Positions 14,087-26,662 of a stretch of DNA of 64,000 nucleotides are shown here, one piece after another. The notes beneath the pieces are model-generated. The model had not been told where the DNA came from and made no database searches. It saw only the letters and a list, made by a program, of their open reading frames with translations. The first letter of the stretch is position 1. Each line of letters begins with the position of its first letter. The position numbers and the translations under genes are program-made. Source of the stretch: Psilocybe cubensis (taxonomy: Eukaryota); contig CM039004.1 of the NCBI GenBank assembly GCA_017499595.2, positions 2,976,001 through 3,040,000 on the forward strand. The letters are read 5' to 3'.

Positions 14087-14564
14087 CTACTCAGTGCACG
14101 GTCCTTTCTCTCCAATGAAGCATCTGTCAATTTTTTAGTTATAAAATCAGCGGTGCACGGTGCGTGTATATGACAGTTGAATCCTCCTACGTTCCACCAA
14201 GACCAATTACTAGGGGTCCACAGCAACGATATCCACATGGACCTACACAGACTGCGTCAGCTAGCAAGAGAACCAGGATATTTCGAACGATCTTACATGG
14301 TGCACCCTAAATTACATGATTTAACACAATGTCAGCAACGTATAACACAATTTCTTGAGACGTACGTCTGGTCCATCACCTATTAGAGAGAATCAGTTTC
14401 TGCTATGGCATTTTGAGATTTGTTGCGAACCCCGAATGCTTACAGAAAAACGGAGGACTACCAGTTGGAGGAACACAATCACGAACTTCAAGAGATGTCG
14501 GTGAAGCCATGGTAAACGAGTTGAACGCAATAGACGAAGCGAATATGACGAAAGAGAACCTCAT
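14087..14564 (-). CDS. Secreted Cys-rich CCGP peptide #1, 77 aa, 8 Cys; exons 14564-14444, 14379-14366, 14306-14297, 14242-14191, 14123-14087
   Basis: MRFSFVIFASSIAFNSFTMASPTSLEVRDCVPPTGSPPFFCDGPDGAPCPCGYRCCGPLVIGLGGTCFIGEKGPCTE*; four GT-AG introns in phases 1,0,1,2, as in the paralogues. Confidence 0.85.
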
Positions 14565-15159
14565 CGCAGCTTAGAGTCAAGGTAGATTGGGTGACGTTCT
14601 GACCAGCAAGTGCTCAGGTAGGAGTACTATATGGACCCGAGAATCTAAGAATACCATTCAACTTGATGTAACTATGTATAAGTGAACCAACTAAACGGAC
14701 GCGCGATGATAGGAGCAAAAATCTATGATACCTTTATGCCTATTGGATGGGAATACATTATCCCTGATTGAACAGTACAACTCTCCGTGCTAAAAATCAT
14801 CTCAATAACTTTACATTCGCACTCGGCCAACACGGTGTGCGTTTAAAGGCAGCAGCATATGTTATAAAGGAGCATATGTGTAGTAATCATCTTCTTGATC
14901 CTACTGATTGAACCACAAGAATAATTAGAGTGTAATATATATGGTCAGCACGCCAGTCGTACTAGTAGCAGCGTGGGCCAGAGCACTGACATTTTGCCGA
15001 TTGCTATTGCTGGAGAGCGATTGGAGTTGAATAGCTCCCTTCGAATTCAGTATTCATCAAAAAGAAGTCAAGTCGGTCTCTGAATCAAGTACCCGTCTCA
15101 AAGCATGAAATCGATTTTGGACTCGGGTCGAGCGCGCTCGGCGCGTCGGAGTTCAAGCC

Positions 15160-18100
15160 TTAAGCTTAAGCGCTCAAGCGCTCAAGCCTCAAGCCTCGGC
15201 GTACGCCAAAGCAAAGCCTTATTTATTTGCTGAGCGTCGAGTTCAAAGTATTATTGACTGTGGCAGTAGCACGGAAAAATCCTCTGTGCAGCGATTTGAA
15301 AGTGCTAAGAAATCACATCCACATCCACAGACACACACAGACACACACACACACACACACCCGGTGTGCAAAAAAGTAAGGCTAAGGGAAGGGGACGGAC
15401 GAGATTTGAGAGTCGGTTTGACACTGCTGAGCGACACTCCTTGGTTGGGTTTTAAACGTTCAAAGCGCAGGTACAAGTGCAAGCCTCAAGGATCGAGGCC
15501 TCACGGAATTCTCAAGGTCTCAAGATACAGCCTGAGTAAATGAGAGTCGTCTTCAAGTTAAGTTGAAAAGGAAGTATCAGGTATCTTTGGTAAATTCAAA
15601 ATTGTCCATGTCCACACATAAACCAATAATCAACCATAAAACACTCCATTGATCACTGTCAAATTTAAAAAAAAGCAAATTACAACGCAGATAATAACCA
15701 AGTTCAAACGTACAACAAAACAGAACCACTGACAAAATTGCAAACAGGCAAGATAACAGGAAGCCAACAACTTGGGGATGTGCAGTACTAAGTAACTACT
15801 GATTAAAAATAAAAAAGGGAACATTATAGAAAGCACATAGCAAAGTTAAAATTGAAGAGGAGTGGAGGTGGGTTGTAAAGAATCCGAGACCGTAGCTGTA
15901 GCCGTAGGGCGTAATCGTAATCATAATCGTAATCCATAGTTGTAGTTATATTCAAAAGAATTAAAATTTAAGATTTAGAAATGGAGTACAGGTACGATGG
16001 AGAAAAAGAAGAGAGTTGCGATCCAGGATTTAGTCTATATATGTATGTTATGCGTGTATACACACGGACAATAAGCAGTGTAGAGAGCAGGAAACAGGAA
16101 ATGAGGGGAAAGAAACAGTCCGGAGCAGGTAAAATCAAAAAGCAGTGGGGAAGGTAGAGACATGTTTATACAATAGAGAGAATAGAGAATAGAAAAATTA
16201 ACAAAGAGACTGAAGATAAAATTAATAATAAGATGTACACCAGGACCAATACAAAGCAAGAAATTATGGAAAGGATGAAGAAGCAACCCACTTTATCTCC
16301 GGCGTAACACACAGAACGCGGAAACGACCCACAAGGGAGAGAGTGACAGGGAGAGGAGGACAACGTATCGGCCTTCCGCGACCCCGTCCGACTTTCCGTC
16401 CCGAATACGATGCTGTGTCGTGTCGTGTCCCAAGAACAAAAGCAGAGATATAGGATGGATGTACCATATTGTGTTGCGTTGCGTCGTATCGTGTCGTGTC
16501 GTGCGAGCCCCATGCCCATGCCCACCTTCTTCTCCTCTTCCTGATACAACCGCCTCCGCCCTCCCACCAACTTCTACACCTTCCACGCAAACAAACGGCC
16601 ACGAGCACCAAGCACCGAGAACCGCACCGAGCAAGGAAAAAAAGGAAAAAGAAAATTACATCCACAAAAAACAACATAAAATAAGAAAAAACCCAACCCA
16701 AAGAAATCTAAACAAAAAAAACCAAGACGAACGACGAACGACGACAACAACTTGAAGCCAACCCGCAACGGGCCGCATCAGCGCCAGCCATCAAACGGTA
16801 CTCGACACGCTCCGCTTGAACCGTACAGGCAGATGGAGGTTCACGTTGGTGTTTAACGTGTTCTGCGCGGTCTGCGTGTTAGTGCTGCTGCTGGGGATGG
16901 AAGAGTCACCGCCGACAGTGGCGCTTTCACTCGCTGCTCGAGCAGCTATCGTCGCGGGCGGTGTCGCAGTCGCAGTCCCAATCGTCGCAGTCGAAGTTGA
17001 AGAGGCAGCAGCAGCAGCAGCAGCCAACACACCTCCAACCGACGCAGACAGAGGAGGGGTAAACCGCGGTATTGACAACGCCGTATCCTCCTTCTCCTCT
17101 TTGGACTCGCCATCACCATCTCCCCCTTCCCCCGCCTCATCGTTCTCCTCCTCCTCATCGTCGTCATCGTCAAGGTAAACTTTAACATCATTTATAACGA
17201 TAAACTCGCGTTTCCTATCTTCCTTCCTCCCCTTCCCCTTCTTATTCTTCTTTTCCTGCTCTGACTCCTGCTCTGCCAGCTTACTCTCCACCTCCACCTC
17301 CTGCACCAACTTCCGCTTCAAAGGCACCCACTCCCCCCCACCCACCTCCGCCTCTTCACCAACATCACCATACACCTTCGCAAGCCCCGAACCACCACGC
17401 CCATTCCGCATCTGTGCGCCAACGCCATCGGCGTTAAAATTAGCATCGACGTCGACATCAACGTCCAAAATAAGCGGAGACGGCGGATCGACAATATGCA
17501 CGGGTAGAACTGACATCCCTCCCATTCTCTTCTTGGGCTCCCTCTCCAATTGTCTCTCCCTCTCCCATCCTCCCTCCCTCTCCAACTGCCTCTCCCTCGA
17601 CACCGACCCCGCCCTCTCCCTCTCCCTCGAAGCACCCCTCTCCCTCTCCCTCGAAACATCTCTCGAAACCGACCCCGCCCTCGACCCAGCCCTCGAACCC
17701 GCCCTCGAAGATGACGAAGAAGGACACCCACCCAACACCACCTCCCCTCTCGAGCGGAGGTTCACCTGTCCGCGGAGCGGCGGGAGGTGTTTGAATAGCG
17801 TGTATGTTGGCGTTGGTGCGGGTGCGGCTGGTGCAGATGAGGGTGCGCTTGATGAGGGTGTTGTGGGTGTTGATGAAGGTGCGGATGCGGGTGCCGCGGG
17901 GGTTGATGAGGCCGGTATGGGTGCAGATGCAGATGCGAACCCAAATGCACCTCCACTCGCACTCGCACTCGCAAGCTGCCGTCCTCTCACCTCCTCCACC
18001 CCCTTTCCATCCCCTTCCTCTCGTAGCTTCCCATCCACCTCCTCTCGCTGCTTCCCATCCACATGCGGGAAATACGACCCCGCCCCCTCTCCACGACCCT

Positions 18101-21100
18101 TCTTCAAAACCCCACCACCAACAACACCATCAACGGCATTGCGCGAACAACTCGACGCCCTCGACCCATCCCTCGACCCGTCCCTCGACCCAGAAGCAGA
18201 AGCAGAAGCACACGAAGGCGCAGGCGTCGACGCGCGCGTATGGTCCGTGTCCGTATCCGTATCCGTGTCCGCGTCGAGGTCGGTATCGAGGTCTGTGTCA
18301 GTGTGGAAGTCCGTTTCTGTTTCTGTATGGAAGTCCGTCTCGGTTTCCGTCTCGGTTTCGGAGGCGGAAGAGGCGGAAGCGGAGGTTATAGAGGTGCAAG
18401 TGGTGTTCACAGTCCCAGCGTCCGAATCACTCTCAGACCCCACGTCCACGTCGGCGTCGTTATCGACGTTTAACGTGAATCCCCGCTCCCGCTCCCGCTC
18501 CCTCTCCCGCTCTCTCTCCCTCTCCCTCTCTTGCTCGCGCGGCGCGGGCTTGCCGACGTTATTCATCCCAGCAAGATACGCGAACCCAGGTCTCACAGGC
18601 GCCCCTGCCCCTACCCTCGTTCCCGCCGCGCCTGCACCTACACCAGCACCAGCAACGGGCGTCGTACGCGCGGGAAAGAGGTACCGCGCGCTCACCCCAT
18701 TCCCACCATTCCCATTCCCATTGCCGCCATTCGCACCTCCACCAGCACCTCCACCAGCTCCTCCACCAGCACCGAGCGCAGGCGACGAGTACGACCGGTG
18801 CGGAAACGGGAATGGGAATGGGAATGGGAATGGGGGGCGCACCGCCGCTGTCCCCGCCGCCGCCGCCGCTCCTGTCGCCGCTCCTCCTCCTCCTGTAGAA
18901 CTAGCACCGAAAGATGTCGTGGAAGCAGCGCTAGCACCGAAAGACACAGCCGAAGGTGTAGGCGACGTCGGCGCTGATACTGTGTATCCATATCCATACC
19001 CCGCCCTTGCCCCTGTACCATACCCCGCACCATTTGTGTACCCCGCACCTGCACCGTACGACGACGCGGTGGGTGAGATAGGACTGGTGGGTGAGACGGG
19101 TTTGCGCTGGAAGGTGATTGCCGGTGGTGCGCCTATCGCGCTCGCGCTCGAGTTCGAGGTTGAGTTCGGGGTTGGGGTTGGGTTCGAGGTCGAGGAGGGA
19201 TCTGAGGAGGGATTTGAGACGGGATTTGTGGAGGGATTTGAGAGGGGATTTGAGGAGGAATTTGAGGAGAGATTCGAGGAGAGATTCGAGTTCGAATTCG
19301 AGGTTGGATTTATATTCGAAGCGGTATCACCATTCCCGCTATCACCATTCCCGCTACCATACAACGGCGCAGCCGCTGGAACCTTCGCCCCATACCCATA
19401 CCCTCCACCGCCGCCGCCGCCGTTTCGCAAAGGACTAACGTCCCGTCCACCCCGATGGGCTTGTCCATATCCACTCGCGCCACCCGCACCACCTACACCA
19501 TATCCCCCTACACTACTCCCACCACTACCACCATATCCCCCTACACTACTCCCACCCCCGCCCGCGCCCTCAGGCAACAAAGGCAACAGCCCAATCGGCA
19601 CGGCCGACAAATAATGTCTCGCCGCGCGCCCTGCAAGAACGTCACATGGCTGGTTGGCGCGCGGGAGGGAGCGTTGGATTTCTTTTAGTTCTAGGAGGTC
19701 TCTGTTTGTTGAAGGGTTTTTTGGGGGTTTTTTGGTGGGTTTTGGGGAGGGGGGTTTTCAGGTGGGTTTTGGGTGTTTGGTTTGTTGGATTTGATGTTTG
19801 ATTTGTTGGAAGATGGGATGGGGATGGGGATGGGGATGGGGATGGGGGAGAGAGGGAAGGAGAGAGGGAGGATGTGAGTATGTGTAGATGTATACGGGTA
19901 AAAGAGAGAGAAGGAGAAAGCAAAAGGCGAGGGAAAAGAGGAGGTAGATTAATTTCCGAGCGGAAATTATGGATAATACAGTATTTAGAAATGTGTATGT
20001 GTGGGGATGGGGTAGGGAGGGGAGGAATTTCGAATAGAATTATAATCGGCAATTTCAAAAATTGAAAAGGTGATTATGTTAAGAGGGGTATCCAACGCAA
20101 CAAGCATAAAGCATAAAGCACAAGGCGAAAAGGACAGCGAATATGGAAAGCGAATAGAACAGGGAGAAGTGGGGGGGAGGGGCAAGGGCAACGAGAAACG
20201 CCGCGGCACACGACCACAGCACACGACCCCCGGAGCTCCCCCCACATCTATGAACATGAACATGTAACATGGAACTCCAAGCTCCAAAAATAGCGTCGAT
20301 GACACCTCCCCCACCCCGTCCCTAAAAAAAAATTTCTCCTGCTGTTGCGAAAGGGGCGGAAGTTGCAGCGGGGAAATTGCACTCCGTGAAGGAGAGGAGA
20401 AGCACAGGCTGAACTGGTGCTTGTGCAGGTGCAGGAACAAGAGTGTGGGGAGCAGCAGTTTTACGCACGGAAAACGTACGGAAAGAGAGGATACAAGCGA
20501 AAACCGAAAACCGAAAACCGAAAACCAAAGTGAAAACTAGAACTCACTGGTAAGTCAACTTCCTCGCAGGCTCCGTCGGTGTGCGGTCCCACTCGTCCGC
20601 GGTATACACTTCCTCCAAACTGCCCTCGTCACCAAACGCCACGCACTTGCATTTGCGCTGCTGGGAGGTACCGGTGCCTGTGCTCGTGCTCGAGGCGGTA
20701 GAAGTGGTGGATGCGTTCGAGTTGGCGTAGAACGGCGAGGGCGAGGTGGAGGTGGAGAGGGGGTCGGGTGTGCTGACGCCTGAGGAGGAGGGCGAGGGGG
20801 ATTTGAGACAGCCTTTCATCTTCATGTAGAGTTAACTGGAATTGGTGGTCGTCGTTGAATGAGGAGAGACAGAGCGACTTGGGCTGGGCTGTACCGCAAC
20901 AGACCAAGTCCGCGTTGGACGCCAGGTGGAGTGCAATGCGATGCAATGGGATGCAATCTCCCGTCCGTCCCTCGGATCGATTCGGGCAAACGCGTGCGTG
21001 CGTGACTGTCGGTTCGTCTGAGACAACAACAACGATTCAGCGGTCGACTAGAAAGCAAAGCAAAGCAAAGTAAAAGTAAAGGTAAAAGTAAAAAAGGAGG

Positions 21101-24100
21101 CAAATAAAAGGCGGGGTGTGGTGTGACTTGGTTGTGTTGCCACCTTGGTCGGTACCTGGGCCAAGATGTATATTTATCGCAATTCGCAACCAACCTCGCG
21201 TGTCATAACTCGCAACTCAGTCTAGTCTAGGGTCAGGTCACTTGAGCCAGCACAGCGCATCCTGACAGCTGTATGTACATAACACTCATACACGCAGGGC
21301 AGGCATCGTTTCACTGGGCCAAGCAACCGTACGTTATCACGCCCTTCCGTCTCTCCGCCCTTCCGCTTTTCTTTTCTTTTTTATTTTATTTTTTCTTATT
21401 TTTCGCTGTCACATCTCCCTTCGGCCGTTTCATAAAACCCTCCATCGGACTTGTCCTCGTATTTTTAACCCCTTGCAAACTTATTTTCAGCCTTGTCAAT
21501 CCTCCGAGTCTAATAATATAGAAGCGTATACAGACTCTATCGTTATTTAGCATACTTACTAGCTATACATAGAAGAGTCCCCAACTTCTCGTCGCTCGAA
21601 CTTGCCTGGACCACACCACACTACACCACACCAGAAGCCCAAAGAAGCCCAAAGAAGTACTTCAATTCCAAACTTGTCATTCTGATTCTATTATGACGCA
21701 CATTATCAATGATCAACGAACGAATATCATCATCATGCCACATTTCAATATCAATTCCGATGTCGATGTCGATGCCCGAGTACGACTATGTACTACTTTA
21801 GCTTCAATATTGAATACTTCGTTACTTCGTCGACGTTATTCCACCCGCGCAGCACTCATCTACGGATATCTGTCATATTTCACTTTAATGATCTTCCTGT
21901 TCCTGAGCCTGACACTTGTCAGATCTCACCTCTCATGTTCTCTCGATGCCCCTCTTGTAGATTCAATAATCTAGGTACACCTATATAATACTTCATGCCT
22001 CGTTTTTCTTCCCTCTCCTTCCCGGCTCGTCCTCAAACTCGGTTCAGCCTCACTCGTCCTTTCTCCTCGCTCTGCATTTTCTCCTCTCCCTCCTTCTTCT
22101 TTTGTCCAGTGTTTGGTGCTGCCACCGTTGTTTCTCGCACGCAGTGGTTTGATCCAAGCGCTCAGGCCTTTGACGGCCATACAATCTCCTCGCTTTCGTT
22201 TCTTCACAACCCGCGCGTTTGCGTGTTTCGGTTTCGTTCTCGGCCACTTCTCATGACTATGCTTCGGTCGCTCCCGACCACCCGCCAAAGCCCTACGCAC
22301 CCACGGAATATACGTGACCTACGGATATCCTGTTCTCATCTAACACTTCCGATCTCTAAGAGCAGACTATCCGAGCGAACTATATCTGATAATGCACATT
22401 TACCACGCGTGCACTTTTCCTCGTCAGGTTCACTCTCACACTCACTCACACTCACCACGCTCACGCTCTGATCAAATACAGTCCTGCTCTCTGTGCCTGT
22501 ACCGTGTACGAGACCGTATCAATGCCAGTAACAGCGACACTGTCCAGTACATGATCCTTTCTTTTCTCTCTAATGCTCCGGCCGCTAAGCGTTACCCCCC
22601 ATCTCATCCCATCTCCCGTCTCCGAGTCTCAGGCTGTCTGCGGATCCCGGATTGACTCGGACTCGGAACACAATGTCACCATCCGACATCCAACAACTTC
22701 ACCTTCACCGACCATGAAAACGTGAACCAAACGCGTACACAGACACGCACACACACACACACACAGATACGCACACGTGCAAAACGCAAACACAAACACA
22801 TCTTCAAGTTGCGAGTGGGAGTGGGAAGGTCCGACTTGAGTCTCGGAACGTTGAACCTGGACGGGTCACGGATAAAATGAAATACTCAGAAGAGAGTAAA
22901 CTGCACACGCGCTGCACGCTGCACGCTGCATATATGGTTGTATGGCTATTTGTCTATATGTAGCACCGATATTAACATTCACGTCTCAGAAGTAACTGGT
23001 TACTGAAGTACAAGCAAGTACCTTTTGACATGATAAACAATAAATCATAATCATAATCACGATATTTTCACTGTCTGCCCACACTGGCAACACGACTCGC
23101 GAAATGAATAGAATAAAATAGAACCACACTGGCAAATTGCAACACAAGGAAATGAATAAAATAAAAATGTCAGTCCACTATGAGCCCACACTGCGCGTGC
23201 GTGTGTGCGTGAGTGAGTGAGTATGTGCATGCGTGCGTGCGTGCGTACGTGCTTGCGTGTGTTCCTGATACCCCATACCCCACACCCCATACCCCATACC
23301 CCAGAAAATTTGAATCGAACTTGACATTGTCTTCGAACGTTTGGATTTATTAAACGGCCACCTCACCTTGTGGGATATTACACCGTGTTGTCATCCCCAT
23401 CCCCATCCTCAGATTCCCGCATCGCATTGCATCCCCAAATTCTTACATCCCAGTCCCATACCCATCTCAATCCCCCTCTCAATCCCATCCCCATGCCCTT
23501 GAAATCCCAGCCTCCCAGGCTCCCAACCTCCAACCGCCCATCCTCCCATCTGAAAATTCTCCCATCCGCAAATGCGCAATCCACATTCCACAAACCCCCA
23601 CCCGATCTTTTCTCGTACTCAACCATCATACCAGCTTGGAATTAACCAGGCTCCAGATAACCGGCAAACCCGTCTCGGAACGCGCGCGCGCGCCTCTTCT
23701 AGGTCGCCCGGTGTACTGGTAAATAGTAGATGCTCATTGCAGACTGCCAGCAGACTGCTATAGCGTGGGTATATGCGCTAAGCGCTTGCGCCGCTGAGAC
23801 CTAGAAACCCCACCGGCCCCGTCCGACGTCGTGCGATCGTGCGATCGTGGCGCCGCCGCCACCCTTCGTGCGCGCTCAGAGTCAGACTCGGAGTCAGACT
23901 CGGAGTCATAGAAGCCCACAACCCAGAATCATCGATGATCTAATCTAAAAGTGCGTCAGCTAACGCGGGTTCGCGTGCTATTTTGCTATTTCGCGGGTCA
24001 TGGTTGTAAGTAGTAGCTGAGTGATTAGGTAGGTAGGTAGGATCGTGCGCTAGCAAATAAATAAAGCTTAGTAGAACTGAGGCTCGCCGAGTGCCGAGTG

Positions 24101-24180
24101 CCGAGGCCTGGGTCTGAGCGCGAGTGCTTAGCGCTCAAGCGCTCAAGGCGTACGCGTAAACTCCAACGCCCCCCTCCCAG
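15160..24180. repeat. Region saturated with short tandem repeats (CA, GTC, GAGGGG, GGGAAT, CCCCATA, AAAACCG, CTCAAG etc.)
   Basis: Dozens of 2-12 nt tandem units in coding, intronic and intergenic DNA; such density is not seen elsewhere in the window apart from 27230-27900. Confidence 0.8.
16791..20825 (-). CDS. Low-complexity ~1062 aa protein; exon 1 20825-20548, exon 2 19701-16791; N-terminal putative PP1-docking (Bni4/Phactr-like) motif
   Basis: GTGAGT donor at 20547 and ACAG acceptor at 19702 join ...KCVAFGDEGSLEEVYTADEWDRTPTEPARKLTYQ|DLLELKEIQRSLPRA... in frame with the 939-aa ORF; the rest is G/S/A/P, RE, TD and SA repeats. Confidence 0.8.
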
Positions 24181-24745
24181 CGCCCGACCTGAATCCAATT
24201 TCGATTCCATGCTTTGGAGTATTTGAGACGGGTGCTTGAGGCCGACTTGACTTCAACTTCTTTTTGATGGGCATCGAATTAGAAGGGGACTCGATTCCAA
24301 TCACTCACTCTCCAATAATAGCAATAGCAATAGCAATCCGCAAAATGTCAGTGCCTGTGCTCTGGCTCATGTTGCTACCACTGGCGTCCTGACTCCCCAT
24401 ATATGTTGGACTCTAATTATTCTTGTGGTTCAATCAGTGGAATTAAGAAGATGATTATTACACATATGCTCTTTTATAATATATGCTTGCTGCCTTTCAA
24501 TAGCGCGCACTGTGTTGGCCGAGTGCGAGTATAATGTTATTGAGAGATGATTTTTACCACGGAGAACGGTTGCACTGTTCAATCAGGGATAATGTATGCC
24601 CATCCAATAGGCTTCAAGGTATCATGGAGGAAAATTCGACTATCATATACGTGCACCGCTGATTTTATAAGTGAAACATTCACGGATGCTTCATTGAGAC
24701 AGGACTCAGTGGGCGAAAAAGATTTGTTCGCTTGCCATGTCTCTT

Positions 24746-24781
<36 letters not shown>

Positions 24782-26662
24782 GCACTGTAAGAGTGCAAAC
24801 AAGTGAGATACTGTATATAATCCTTCAATCCTTTCTTGGTCGTTTTAATTTGTTCGGCGCGTCATTGCGAAATCGCTCGTTTAACGTTTATTAATTATTT
24901 CTCTTTTCACGGGTTCGCACCATACCCCCGGTGTCGTCTTCTGTCCGGTTCTTCTGTGACGTCCAGCTGAACAGTGAGGCATTAAGCAGGGCCTGGCCCA
25001 CTAGGCGAAACTGGAACTGCTGCAGACAGCCCCGAGTAGACCGATCGTGTCCAGGTCACCTACCGCCTTTGATCTGCCTTATCGCCCTCGAGACACACCG
25101 CACCGCTAATGGCCAACCGACAAGGGGACAAGAGGTAGTTAACTATGAGCCGCAGTGTACGCAGGGATCCACCCACGCCCGCCCGTCGATGGGAATGGGG
25201 GATATGACGTTTGTGCATGCCCCGAAGTCCACGTAGTCAACCCAGGTAGCTCGCCACGCAGAGACGATGCGCTCACTGGCCGGATGGCTTGAGTCTTGCA
25301 TCGCGGGTGGTTTTACAGTATGCGCCAGCCTCCCTTGAGATCGGTCTTGTATCCGGTGCGGGCCCTTCCTGCCCCGGACCTGAAGAAGGTTTTGTCAGTA
25401 AATCGAAGTGTCCCGAGGGTCAGTCACGCAGCGTATAGTGGGTAGCGGGGTGATGTGTGTGCTATCTGTTTTTTCTGCGAGGAAGGCCTCAGTTTCAATC
25501 AAATTATGGATGATGTGAGCGACGTACTTTTTTTTTTTAATCACCGCAACCTTTTTTCTATGTGGACGTGTCAACGCGTGAGGTCGAAAGCACGATTAAG
25601 AGAAGCAACTCACTTTTAGCCACGAGGCAGGACATGGTGCAGAGACTTTTTTATTCAAAGGCCAGCACGATATGGCAGTTTAATCTGTAGTCCTGATCGA
25701 GCCGGGTGACCATCTATAGTGCCAGCGATATAGGCGACGTTGTAAAACCACTGAGAGGACGTCGTCGATAGATATAAAGACCGATGTCGGTCGAGTGTTA
25801 TCGGTGCTGCCTCCATTGGTCCAGTAGCGTGTAGCAAACGCAAGCCAAGTTCGCGTCGTCTCGGGATGGTGGTGGTTGTGAAGAAAGGGAGGTGACAAGG
25901 GGAACAAGCCTTTTATACTTTTCTGAAAGATATGTCAATGTTTGTTCCAAACGCTTCCATGCTGTGCGTATGTGTGCCACGAGGCGCGTATGTGTGTGTA
26001 CACTATCCTAGGGATGGGAATTGGAAGCTGCCTGGAACATCATGGGACGTCGACATCGCAGTATTTCCGGGAATCAGATAATCCCCGAATCCATATCTGT
26101 TTTCCTATCGAGGGTTAATGAAAAGTTGGATGGGAGGCCGCCACTCGTCGTGGACAGAACAAGACCCATCGATTCTTCAAACATAGCGAATAGGAAAAAC
26201 ACGCCCGAGGATCCAGTAAAGGCAGCGAGATAGGAGCGATCAGCCTTCCTTAAATTTTCAATCAGCTTCGAGTTCCAGAACAAAAGGTCCAGCTGACAAC
26301 TAGAGAGCCAAATTTAGAGATCCATACGAGTTGTGGGCGCTTGTGTGAAGAACTGTAAAGATAAGGTTGAGCTGCCTTTACATTCCTTGTTGAAGCACGG
26401 CAGAAGCGCTTCATCTAGAGTATACTGAAGGAAATGAAGGGCATAGGTTCCCTTCTATGACACGCAAAGCCTTGGGGGCTGGGAAACCGAAGTCAACATC
26501 GGAGTGGCGCAAGAGGTTGCGTGGCATCGGATTTGTCCGAGTCCTACAGCCGATCTTGCTTGGCAAGTTCAGGCAAAGCAAACAAACTGGCACGGGAATT
26601 GTTTTCTTGTCATTACCCATTATAATATAGCACACAATCTCTACTTCGATGCAGACGGTACT
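24180..26662 (-). repeat. Segmental duplication unit, copy B (inverted, truncated, with internal deletions)
   Basis: Reverse complement matches 11871-15135; the same spurious ORFs (MSSSVRFFCDVQ..., MEAAWNIMGRR...) appear on opposite strands. Confidence 0.9.
24625..24712 (+). pseudogene. Remnant of a CCGP peptide gene (intron 4 + degraded exon 5 only)
   Basis: GTGCACCGCTGATTTTATAA...ATGCTTCATTG matches intron 4/exon 5 of peptide #1. The acceptor CAG is changed to CGG, and the ~0.5 kb holding exons 1-4 is missing. Confidence 0.7.

Larger units (their letters stand above)
10670..14850 (+). repeat. Segmental duplication unit, copy A (HD gene + ~2 kb spacer + hairpin/poly(T) + CCGP peptide gene)
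   Basis: Colinear by eye with 27964-32035 (direct); 11871-15135 also matches 24180-26662 in inverted orientation. Confidence 0.9.

Noticed and set aside
13780..14600. Poly(A)-tailed LINE remnant or processed retrocopy to the right of the T-tract
   Set aside because: The sequence resolves into an intact four-intron peptide gene; no RT motifs or target-site duplication.
17533..19614. 693-aa plus-strand ORF and many other overlapping ORFs
   Set aside because: Antisense shadow of the GC-rich low-complexity exon; no motif or splice support.
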